A stretch of DNA of 60,510 bases, the filler included, from Stramenopiles sp. TOSAG23-2 (taxonomy: Eukaryota), in NCBI GenBank assembly GCA_900128395.1. It is 4 parts of 4 records of this genome, joined end to end, with 100 filler letters (N's around TTAATTAATTAA, not from the genome) between each part and the next. Parts side by side here need not be neighbours in the genome. Positions count along the whole stretch, not along the records: positions 1 to 15,089 come from LT649729.1; 3 more parts are not named here. One strand, given 5' to 3'. The notes beneath the pieces are model-generated. The model saw only the letters and a list, made by a program, of their open reading frames with translations. It did no database searches and was not told the DNA's origin. Both the position numbers and the translations under genes were made by a program. Below are positions 1 to 10,480 of the stretch, piece by piece (within the stretch, counting starts at the first letter, position 1; each line of letters starts with the position of its first letter).

Positions 1-275
1 GGTATTTTCAATGTTTTTCCTTTGTTTTCATGTAATGAAATGAAAAATCCATCATCATAACAATGAATTAGAAGAATTTAGGTTGAAAAATACGATTTTA
101 ATGAAATTTGATGGAAAATATGCGCACTTTCCTAATCTACTACTATACTGTATCATCATAATAATATTATTGAATCAAAACAAATCGTAAATAAAAAAGT
201 AAATTGACACAAGCTATACAAATATATATAGATAGCAAAGAACAAGATGAAAAGGCAGCGAGCGTAAGCATCATC

Positions 276-426
276 ATGTCGACAACATTTCAATCGTTTC
301 ATTCTAACCATCTTTCTTTCATCGTCGACCATTTTTTCCGACCGATACGTACATTATTAGGTCCATGTAAAGCATTAAAATTTATTGTTGAAAACTTTGA
401 TAATATTAATGAGAATGATGACAATC

Positions 427-459
<33 letters not shown>

Positions 460-2080
460 GTATAGACGATGTAATATTGACTTCGTCATCATTGGTATTT
501 ATTCAATCTAGAGTAGCAGGCCATGCGTCGTGTAGATTGCTAATGGACGCTTGTATGGATATGGAAGAACATATTGGTTGTGGTTACACATATATGATGA
601 CATTTTCTGGTAATTTATTAATTACGTTGTATAAATTAAAGGAGAAAAAGATATTATTATTTGAAATGAACGACATTTTAAGTTTGATACGTCAAGATTG
701 TAAAAAAATAGTAGAAGCACTAAAAATACCTGTAAATAACAAATCAACGCCTCTAGAAAATAGTACAGATAATACAAAATTCAATAAAACATGTAATATA
801 TTAGTAGAAAATATGTCAAATCGAGATGCTTATAGTAGTGGACATGATATAAATACTGTGAAAAAATTAGTCTCCCACACACTTCAACTATTATTGTATA
901 ATAATAACAACGGAAAAGAAATTATAATAACAAGGAATAAATTAAGGAAGCGTATACAAATTACAACATTAGGTGGTAAATATGTCGAAAAGTCGTTTAC
1001 ATCGTATGGAGTGATGATTGTAATGTCACCATCTGAATGTTTTCATTGGATGAAAGAATATCAAACATACTTTCAAAATGGTAAAGTATATCGAGCAGGT
1101 ATATTAAAAGGTGATTCTATATTATATATTAACACATTATTAGACGATGAAAATAGTAATAAAACATTTGAAGTTGAAATTGATAAAAATACATCGTACG
1201 ATGAAATTGTTAAAGAATGGAAAAATACATCAAATGTAAAATATGAAAAAATAATTCAACATTTAAAAAAATTAAATATTCATATATTATTTATAAGTGG
1301 AAATAATAATATAGATAAGAAGTTTTTATCAGTATGTAAACAAAATGAAATTATTATATTAATTGGTATATCATCAATAGATGTACAGAAAATTGCGTTG
1401 CTTACAGATGGATTAGTTTCATCATCTATAATGCAGTTATCTGATGAAAATATCGGATCTAAGCCAATAGGAGTAACTTGTATAGATACTGGATGGATGG
1501 ATTCTGAAGACGCGATTTATACAAGTGCAAAAATGAATTCAAAAAGTTCAAATTCTAGAGAAAAGGTTTCATATTTACATTTTCAAGTGGCTTGTGAAAA
1601 TATTGTCAATACCAAGAGCGAAAATAGTAATAATAATAATAATAATGACAATGATAGTAAATACGATGATACTATACCTATCTCAATTGTCTTATATCAT
1701 TCCGTATATGCAATGTGTAAAGATATGGAAACTTTGTTCTGGAATATGTTATTTCGTAATTACAATACGCTCGTGTCAAAGTACGTGTTACCAGGGAAAG
1801 GTTATACAGAAGTATGTTTTTATTATTTTTTAAGCACGAAATCAAAATTATATCAAAAGATATATCAAGAACAACGACAAAAACATGAAAAATACAATTT
1901 GAAATATAGTGACAATAAGTCATTATTAACAAAAAGTTTAATATACAATGAAATTGCAACTATTTTTGAATCGCAATATTTAAAAGTTTTAGAAAATACA
2001 GGTGAAACATTTGAAAGTTCATTATCCAATTTTAATCAAAAATATGAACTAGTCCAGAAAAGATTGTTAATCGCAACAGT

Positions 2081-2112
<32 letters not shown>

Positions 2113-2306
2113 ACAGTAATGTTGATGTAGATGAACTTGGTTTACAAGTAGTAATGCATCAGGATGGATGGAAGGATCAATGTAATGGAAACACTGATCA
2201 ATGCGGTATATATGATTGTTACATATCGAAACTAGATGGTATAGAGAAAAGTTTTGAGACATCATTGTTGATCATGGGATGTGATACAATCATAATAAAT
2301 TCGTAG
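276..2306 (+). CDS. BBS12: Chaperonin-like (TCP-1/Cpn60 fold) Bardet-Biedl syndrome protein, most like BBS12
   Basis: IRTLLGPCKALKFI and HASCRLLMDACMDMEEHIGCG resemble the CCT equatorial domain with a degenerate GDGTT. METLFWNMLFRNYNTLVSKYVLPGKGYTEV and C-terminal YDCYISKLDG...IMGCDTII resemble BBS12. First ATG is at 276; the ORF track starts at TTG 204. Confidence 0.7.
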
Positions 2307-2661
2307 GGCATCAAAAAATCATCAATTGTATTAGTATGGGAATATCATTGTCCTTGGTCGATGTCCTTCTTCGAGTCGTATTATTTATTAATAATACTCT
2401 GGCATACTGGCATATAAATACCAAACCTGTCCCGTAGCAAACAACCAGCAGCAAACCACCACGCACCACGCGTGTCTTCTTGTGTCTTATTGAATAAATA
2501 TATAAATTACAATATATATAATATAGTTGCTATAGTTCGGCACTTCGTGGAGAGCACGAGAGAGTAAAAGTAAATCATATACGTATTTAATATATATATC
2601 TAAATATCTAAAATAAAGATATTGTACATATATATATATAAATATACAAATATTGTAAACC

Positions 2662-3963
2662 ATGATGGAATCAAAATATATCATATTATTATCGATCATA
2701 GCAATGGATATATTTGTATATTCATTGTCCATACCATATTTTCCAAGTGTATTGTTAGAATTTGAAGGCAATGATAATGGTACTATCTATTTTGGAATTA
2801 GTCAAAGCGTTGGTAATGGTTTAGCAATGTTTTCTGGCATTATTACAGGGTATTTATCCGACAAATATAGTAGAAAAGGCGCAGTGGTCGTTTCACAAAT
2901 ATTTGCAGGAATTTGTTGTTTATTAATATCTATTGGAATGTATTATAATAAAACCTTTTATATGTCCATTTATTTTCTTTTAGCTGGATATACATTGCGA
3001 AAAATGAACCGTACCAATGCAGCTATGACAGCATATGCAGTTGACGTGACTCCAAAGGAACAACGGGATAAACAAATTTCTCGTGCAAATGGCGTTATGG
3101 GCGTTGGCTTTGCATGTGGACCAGCAGTTGTTGGATTCTTATCCACTTTGATGCCAAGAGAGCTGATTTTTTTGGTCGGCAGCTTTGTTAGCTTCTTCAA
3201 TGCATTTTTAGCATTTAATTTTTTAATTTCATCATCATCAAAAACAAACTATGCTTCTTCTTCGTCGGCAGTAACATGGGAATCAATTAAAGCAGTAATA
3301 TTTCATAAGAAAATGATTAACATTTTCACAATATACTTTTTTGGTTGTCTCGGGCAATTTTGCTACATTGCAACCATAGGTGTGGTTGCTCCTATCAGAT
3401 TTGGAATTAAAGGAACTAATTATGGTTATATGGTATCATTTTTTGGAATAAGCTATGCGTTTGGACAATTAATCTTTGTTCCATGGGTATGTAAAAACTA
3501 TGGGTCAGAAAAGTCACGATTCATGGCGTCATTATTAATAACTGGTTTAGCACGTTTCTATTTAGGCATTACGAAGTCAGTTTATATGTTATTCACGTTA
3601 CACTTTTTTGTGGCACTTGGAACTGCATTATTCATGCATTCTACCATAATCAAAGTAAATAAATTTGGCAATGAATATAATTTAGTTGGAACAGTCAATG
3701 GTGCAATGGATTCTGTACGACGTTGCAGTGGAGTTCTTGCGCCCATGATTGCTGTTCCTATACATTATATGTATTACGAAACGGATGGTAGTGGCGTTAG
3801 CCCAGGGGCTATATTAGCTTCTTGTTTTTATTTTGCTGGTTTTGCCATTGCATTTTTTATATTAAGTGATAATAGTGGGTCAGATAATGAAGGGAAGTGG
3901 AAGAAGGATGATGTAAACATTGTAAAACAAAAATATGATGGTGTAAAAAAAAAGCGACAATAA
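2662..3963 (+). CDS. Major facilitator superfamily transporter (TetA/DHA1-like, about 12 TM)
   Basis: MFS motif A GYLSDKYSRK; AYAVDVTPKEQR; antiporter motif C GVGFACGPAVVG; about 12 hydrophobic segments. Confidence 0.9.
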   Translation: MMESKYIILLSIIAMDIFVYSLSIPYFPSVLLEFEGNDNGTIYFGISQSVGNGLAMFSGIITGYLSDKYSRKGAVVVSQIFAGICCLLISIGMYYNKTFYMSIYFLLAGYTLRKMNRTNAAMTAYAVDVTPKEQRDKQISRANGVMGVGFACGPAVVGFLSTLMPRELIFLVGSFVSFFNAFLAFNFLISSSSKTNYASSSSAVTWESIKAVIFHKKMINIFTIYFFGCLGQFCYIATIGVVAPIRFGIKGTNYGYMVSFFGISYAFGQLIFVPWVCKNYGSEKSRFMASLLITGLARFYLGITKSVYMLFTLHFFVALGTALFMHSTIIKVNKFGNEYNLVGTVNGAMDSVRRCSGVLAPMIAVPIHYMYYETDGSGVSPGAILASCFYFAGFAIAFFILSDNSGSDNEGKWKKDDVNIVKQKYDGVKKKRQ

Positions 3964-4213
3964 AATTTTTGTAATTTTTTTCAACATTTTAAAAAAGATA
4001 TATATTATATATATACTCGTATATAATTATATTTCATAATATTTAAATAATTTAATTTACGCACATTATAATTTTATATTTTTTAAAAAATAAAAAAATT
4101 TGATATTACGAGACGTATCATATTAATCTTTTTCAATATCATATATCATATATATATATATATATTAAATTCTAAATTTGAACATACAGAACCACACACA
4201 CATACGCCCTATA

Positions 4214-5347
4214 TCAATTTCCAAATACTATACTCCTACCAACATATAGTAAAGCTAGCGAAGATAAACTTGCTATGATAGCAACTATTTGTTTTGTTGT
4301 GTCCCCATTTATAGGATTGCCTAATATTTTCACAGTAACTATGTCTTTTTGTTCATGCATTAACCAATATTTAAACACATCATATTTCATATTTAAATTT
4401 TTCTCGACATTTCTTATGAAACGTAATGATAAAATATCTTTTGCAGCTTTTTCAAAGACTCGAGGTCCCTGCGCTAATTGTGTACCATGAGCAATTAAAA
4501 GTATATTAAGCATATTTATTGCAAAAATAATTAGACTTGCATGTACAGCCAATTCTAAAATCCATAAATTTGTTCTTTTTCTTAAAACTAAGCTACTTAA
4601 AAATACTAATGGAATTACTATACCCATTATTAAATTTACTGGATGATAAAAAAATAACTTTTTCCTTTCCATCATGCGATATTTAAATTGTTTTTGATTA
4701 ATTTCCAGTAATTTCAAATTTTCATCCACAGTTCTACCCTTTTCATTGTCCAACACAATATTGTGAATAGATTGTATATAACCTTTTATTTCTTTCTCGT
4801 TCTTACTGTATATTCTGTTGCTAAAATCAGCATAATACATTCGTGGCCAATGGAAAGGAAATAGTAGTGCTCCAACCAATAGGACAGAAACACCAAAATA
4901 TTGTTTTGCTTCATACAACATGTAAGCAGGATATATACCCACAATCATTGCTCTTACAATATTTAAAAGACCACTAACCAATAAACCACAAGAATTGGAC
5001 CCCTGTATCTCTTTATGCATTTCTTGGCAATCTTTAGGCGACCTTAAAGATTCTTTCATGTCAAGAGATTGAGATAAAATCAAATTAGTTTTATTTTCAA
5101 AAGTTAAATGTTGTAGACCAAATGCACAACCTATTAATAACGAGGTTGGAATATCCAAGCCATAACCTAGACAATGAAAAAAAACACTAGGTCCAGATAA
5201 TATTTTACTTTCAATGACTACAAATGCTTTGCAGAACTTGCTTCGGATTATCTCTGATTTAGTAAATTGTATACCCTCGGGACGGAATCCACATTGTACA
5301 AAAAATTGTCTCATAAGTGGCGTCTCATACGTCCTTTCATTACTACC

Positions 5348-5384
<37 letters not shown>

Positions 5385-5494
5385 GCATTTTCATTTTCAA
5401 CGTTTAAAGATGTACTAATACCATTTTCATTATGCGCACTATGTTCATCCAACCATGCATCATTTACAGTGTATTCTGTTATCTTCGTTGACAT
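4214..5494 (-). CDS. Multi-pass membrane protein (about 7 TM), candidate gustatory-receptor-like/DUF3537 (7TMIC) family
   Basis: 426-aa ORF with about 7 hydrophobic segments and a long polar loop between the 4th and 5th. C-terminus WLMHEQKDIVTVKILGNPINGDTTKQIVAIIASLSSLALLYVGRSI resembles the TM7 region of DUF3537/GRL proteins. Confidence 0.55.
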
Positions 5495-5973
5495 CTTGTT
5501 TTATCTTCTTTTTTGCTTTTTGTTTGTATTTTCCATTTGTCATTGTGTCTTCGATTTCATGCATTTCCATTTCTTGTACAGACACTTTTCTATCAAAACA
5601 TATTGTTGTTAAATTGGTTGTTGAAGAATGGGCGTGCCAGTAGTAGTGTGCTATGCCAATCTTAATCCCTGGCAATGTTGGAAAAAAAAAATCGGCTCCC
5701 CTTAAATTAGAATTATTTCAAATTATTATTATACCCCTTAAAACAACAACTCTTTTTTTTTTTTTTTTTTTTATATTATTTTAAAAACTACTTGCACTTG
5801 TTGTTGTGAAATAGAAAAACTAATTGTTATATAAACTAAAACAAAGATGATTATATTTCTTAGTTTAAAGACAAGAGGGAAAAGATTTATATAGAGAGAT
5901 GTCATAGATACATAAGGTTGAATAAAGTATATATTTTCTTGGATTTTTTTTCTGAGATATACAAAGACAAACG

Positions 5974-6822
5974 ATGCATACATATGATTTAACACATTTT
6001 CAAAATGAATTGCCAGAAGCATTGTGGAAATATTTACTTACATTTTTAATTGGTAAGTTAGAAAAGGAGTTTTTAAATATTTTTGAACGTGCAACAACAG
6101 AAGTAATGAATAATATTCAAAGGCTTTTAGATCATCCAAATGCACCAATATGTCATTTACCACTTGTCGTCGGAGCGTTTATGTTAAAATGTAAAAATAT
6201 ATGGTATTTTGAGGAACCAAACAATACAAAAATCATGAAATATTGTAATTTTCTATCAAAAGTTGCAATCCCATCAACAAAACGTTTTTTGACAAGTTAT
6301 AAAAAAAAAATGAAATATTTTAATTTATTAAATCTAGTTAATAACGAACAACAATTTAATGCATATCGCTATTTTTCATACATTTTTTCCAATAAAGACG
6401 AGAATACGAAAAAGGATAGTAGATATTCGTATAATATACATTCATACATAAATATACCTGATAATCAAGTGACAGTAGTTGATTTAGAAGGTAATGATTT
6501 ATCAGATTGGGATGCAAAATTGATTGCGGACGAAATTAAAAATAATAATAATTTAGATAGTATCTTTCTAGAACGAAATAAGATTGGTGACTTTGGGTTT
6601 GAAGCAATATTGGAAAGTTTGGCAGTAAATACAAATATATCTACTTTACGACTTCCATTTAATAATTTAACTGATGCAAGCGGACATAAATTATTAGAAT
6701 ATTTGGAAATCCCTGAAACATCTTTGTACAGTTTATCATTGAATCATAATTATTTTTCATCCTCAATGCGGTTTAAAATTCGAAAAGCTTGGAAAGATCG
6801 TAGTTTTGGATTGTCGGTATGA
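5974..6822 (+). CDS. Protein with C-terminal RNI-like leucine-rich repeats
   Basis: About 28-aa LRRs: VDLEGNDLSDWDAKLIADEIK, IFLERNKIGDFGFEAILESL, LRLPFNNLTDASG, LSLNHNYFS. Confidence 0.8.
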   Translation: MHTYDLTHFQNELPEALWKYLLTFLIGKLEKEFLNIFERATTEVMNNIQRLLDHPNAPICHLPLVVGAFMLKCKNIWYFEEPNNTKIMKYCNFLSKVAIPSTKRFLTSYKKKMKYFNLLNLVNNEQQFNAYRYFSYIFSNKDENTKKDSRYSYNIHSYINIPDNQVTVVDLEGNDLSDWDAKLIADEIKNNNNLDSIFLERNKIGDFGFEAILESLAVNTNISTLRLPFNNLTDASGHKLLEYLEIPETSLYSLSLNHNYFSSSMRFKIRKAWKDRSFGLSV

Positions 6823-7441
6823 GATATGAGATGCGAGAAGATGATCACACACAGAGCCGATCTTATCAAAGGCCATGTACAAAATATTAATATTTTAGTT
6901 AATTTAAAAGATATAAATAAATATAAATTAATGTGTATGATACCAATATGATTACGTAATATATTTAAGCAATAATCTCATATATATCATATATACTCTC
7001 TCGTATATGATACTCGTATGATATGAGATATGCATATATATGCATACGAAGCGTATGATATCATTTTCAGCTTTTTTAATATTTAACAACAAAATACTTT
7101 ATCATTTACAGTATCATTTAAAATGTTTGCACCATTTTTTTAATTCTCTCATCTGTATGCGCATATATATTAATATAATATATATATATTATAATTCCCA
7201 CACTTTTTCATTTTATGCAATTCTGTTTAGGTAATAATAGTTCGTATTAATTATTTCTGGTAACTACACATATATAGTGAATATAACATTATGAGTAAAA
7301 TAAAATCTTTAACTTATGTATCATATAAATATGATAAGAGAATTTTTTATATTATAATATGATATGTACACAAAATCAGTGTGTGGTTGTTTTAAAAAAG
7401 TATTTTCTCTTTTTAATAATCATCATACCACCACACAAGAA

Positions 7442-9295
7442 CTAATTTTGTGCTTCTCTTAATTTCTTTAATCGTTGCTCTTCTTGATATATTCTTTCTG
7501 CTTCTAATTCTTCTTCCCATCTGCGTTGTTGAGCTATTTTTTGTTCTTTTTCTTGTTGTTCATGTTTTAACATTTCATTCCTATCTTGTATCGCCGAACT
7601 AGTATTAATGACCCGATTTTGACTTTCTACCCATGAATTTTTTAATGGATCATCCTCGGAATTCATACTATTATCATTTATATTATCTAATTTAACTAGC
7701 GGAGTTATAATATCTTTCCCCTCAGTACTAGCATATTCACTATCATCACTTGTAGTAGTATTATTATTTGGGATTTTATCTTGCCCACGTGCATATGGAT
7801 TTTTATTACCGCTACTAGGTTTGTTATTATTACGTGGGCTATTTAATGGCGTACCTAATTCACTTCCCATACTTCTTTCTAAACTTGCCTGTTTAATTAA
7901 ATGTTCTTTAATAACATCATGGGATACTTGCTCACCAAGTGTAAATTGACCCCAATCAACATCCTCTTCCTCTTCGTCTTGGAAATCATGGGATAAAGAC
8001 ATGTCGCTCAGTACGGCACCGGAATTAGTCAATACTCCTCCACCGTTGGAATCATCTAAATTATTATTATTATTACTACTATTACTACTATTTGTATGTG
8101 ACAATCTATTGCCACTTCGTCGTTTTTTCAATGGTGAAGGTGTATTGGCAAGCATTTCTTCCAATAACTCAGCTGTCGTACCACCATTGATAGTTTGTTC
8201 CCATGATTTTGGATCCCCAACCCCTTGAACAAATGGATGTTGTAAAAGCTCATTTATCGATGGGCGTGTTAATGGATTACGCAAAAAACATGAATTTAAA
8301 AAGGATCGTAATTCTGGAGACATATCATCCGGCATTGGTGGTGCCTCCGCTGTATTTGCTATGTGATACATCAACGCACTTATATTACCAAAATTCAATG
8401 CTTTCCATGGGGGTTGCCCAGTTGACATTTGTAATACTGTACAACCAAGGCTCCATACGTCAGCTTTCCTACCATGTCCAGTTTGCGTTATTACTTCTGG
8501 TGCCATGAAATATGGCGTACCTTTTAATGATAAATTATCACCTTGTATAGTTTGTCCTCCTAAATTATTATTACCACCAGTTACTTGTTTACTAGCACCA
8601 AAATCACATAATTTTACATTCCCACGATCATCGACTAAAATATTTGAACCTTTAATGTCACGGTGTACAACACCGTTCTCATGTAAATATTTTAAACCCT
8701 TTAACATTTGTAACGTATAATTTTGAACAACACTTTCTTTAAAACGTCCAAACTTTTTCAATAAACTTTGTAATGAACCACCCGGTACCCATTCCGTAAA
8801 TATATATAAAGTATTTGCATCACCAACTTCTGTTCCTAAATATGCAACAATATTTGGATGTGCAAATTTTCTCATTAAACTAACTTCTCGTTGCAATGAT
8901 TTCATTTCTTTCTCATTGTCTTGCGTAAAAACCATTTCTTTTATAGCTATTAAACCACCGGTAAGTTCATTCATACCCATAAAGACTCTACCATATGCAC
9001 CAGCTCCAATAAGTTCACCTTTCTTCCATTGGTTTTGACGTATCGTAGCACGTCTTGACGGGCTTCCGAAGCTATTCGTGCTTCCAAGGCTCATACTAAC
9101 ACTAACATTCCTATTATGGGCCGCCGTGGACGATGATGACGTACTATTATAGCTATTATCATTGCTACTATTATCAAAATTTGGACCAAAGTTTCTAATT
9201 CCGTTGTTATTTTTATTATTATTATTACGATTTTGTATATCTTGTGCCGCCACCTCTTCCTCTGGATGTGTCTTATTTGATGAACCACAACCCAT
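7442..9295 (-). CDS. MAP kinase kinase kinase (STE11/NPK1-ANP-like), predicted N-acylated
   Basis: WKKGELIGAGAYGRV, IAIKE, HRDIKGSNILV, DFG, GTPYFMAPEV, ADVWSLGCT. The ATG at 9295 gives MGCGSS; 9298 is a TTG. Confidence 0.93.
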   Translation of the reverse strand: MGCGSSNKTHPEEEVAAQDIQNRNNNNKNNNGIRNFGPNFDNSSNDNSYNSTSSSSTAAHNRNVSVSMSLGSTNSFGSPSRRATIRQNQWKKGELIGAGAYGRVFMGMNELTGGLIAIKEMVFTQDNEKEMKSLQREVSLMRKFAHPNIVAYLGTEVGDANTLYIFTEWVPGGSLQSLLKKFGRFKESVVQNYTLQMLKGLKYLHENGVVHRDIKGSNILVDDRGNVKLCDFGASKQVTGGNNNLGGQTIQGDNLSLKGTPYFMAPEVITQTGHGRKADVWSLGCTVLQMSTGQPPWKALNFGNISALMYHIANTAEAPPMPDDMSPELRSFLNSCFLRNPLTRPSINELLQHPFVQGVGDPKSWEQTINGGTTAELLEEMLANTPSPLKKRRSGNRLSHTNSSNSSNNNNNLDDSNGGGVLTNSGAVLSDMSLSHDFQDEEEEDVDWGQFTLGEQVSHDVIKEHLIKQASLERSMGSELGTPLNSPRNNNKPSSGNKNPYARGQDKIPNNNTTTSDDSEYASTEGKDIITPLVKLDNINDNSMNSEDDPLKNSWVESQNRVINTSSAIQDRNEMLKHEQQEKEQKIAQQRRWEEELEAERIYQEEQRLKKLREAQN

Positions 9296-10480
9296 CAATA
9301 TCTATTTTAAAAAACAAAACCAAAAAAACCTACCACACCCAAAATGAAAAAAACACAATACAGTATTGCTCTTCTTCCGTGTCAATACTAATATCGTAAT
9401 GAAATGAATCTCTGAAATGGTTTCTTCTATATTCATCTCTCTCTCTAATATTTATTATTATTATATTACATACATGCTTCAGTCTCGTAACAACTCTATA
9501 AAATAATAATTATAGTATTTTTGAATGCTGTACGGTAATGATATATCCCTGGTAATCTTAGGAGAGTAGTGGATAGTCGGTTATACAATAATATATATCT
9601 CCGTCTAAAAATATAATAGTGATACGCATTCATACTAAAAGTTCTAAATAGTATACTAAATACTATATTCTCTCTATCAAGTACCTAAGATCTAAGATAC
9701 AGCGATACAGCATTGGCTACGTAGCTGTGAGCTTAGCGGGCTACGATATACAAAGCTCGAAGAGTCGGGGTCTCCATATTATTTCGGTGCTCGAAGAGTG
9801 TCACCATACTAGCATATAGCCATGCTGTGTCCATGTTAAAACCTCCTAAAATAGCACCCTTATTTTGCTGAATAGCCTAACCAGCTAGTAGTGTCGGAAC
9901 GTATTGAAGCCTATGAACATTTTCCAATAGGCATGACCATTTTGACGGTTATTCCATCATAACAAAATATCCGAAAACTCGGGTCGTCAGAATACTCTAC
10001 GAATTAGAATACATCAGTAGCTTAGTTATAACATTATAACATACCTTTTCGTATACTAAAAGTACAAAACAACCATTTATTATTATGAAAGATTTTATTG
10101 ATACACACCATGTAGACTGGGAAACTGCCTTTATTGAAATGTACAAGTCCACAGACCCAATCTATCAGATGAACTTTTTATCCGCGCGCAACCGGCTGAG
10201 ACTATCCATAGCTGTATCTCAGAAGCGATGTAGATAAGATTCTTACAAGGCTCTGGAAAGCTTATATTGGTAGAGTTTAGTGAAATGCCAGCTACGTTAT
10301 TCTCAACATCGTTGAAGCATATCCTCAACCCAATGCTATCAGCATCGCGTTGAGCATTGTTATCTGAATTATCACTCTAATGCCCATATATGAAGTTACT
10401 TAGCCATTCATACTTAGTTAAGACATATATAATGTATATTGTTAAATTCTTCTTCGCCAACTCCGAGCAATATGCATTCA

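Noticed and set aside
9716-9800. Small hairpin (CGTAGC...GCTACG) and repeated GCTCGAAGAGT as a tRNA or ncRNA
   Set aside because: No cloverleaf or T-loop consensus; too short to call.
10085-10380. Short ORFs in a GC-richer patch downstream of the giant surface protein
   Set aside because: No recognisable motif in any frame; may be a decayed fragment but cannot be supported.
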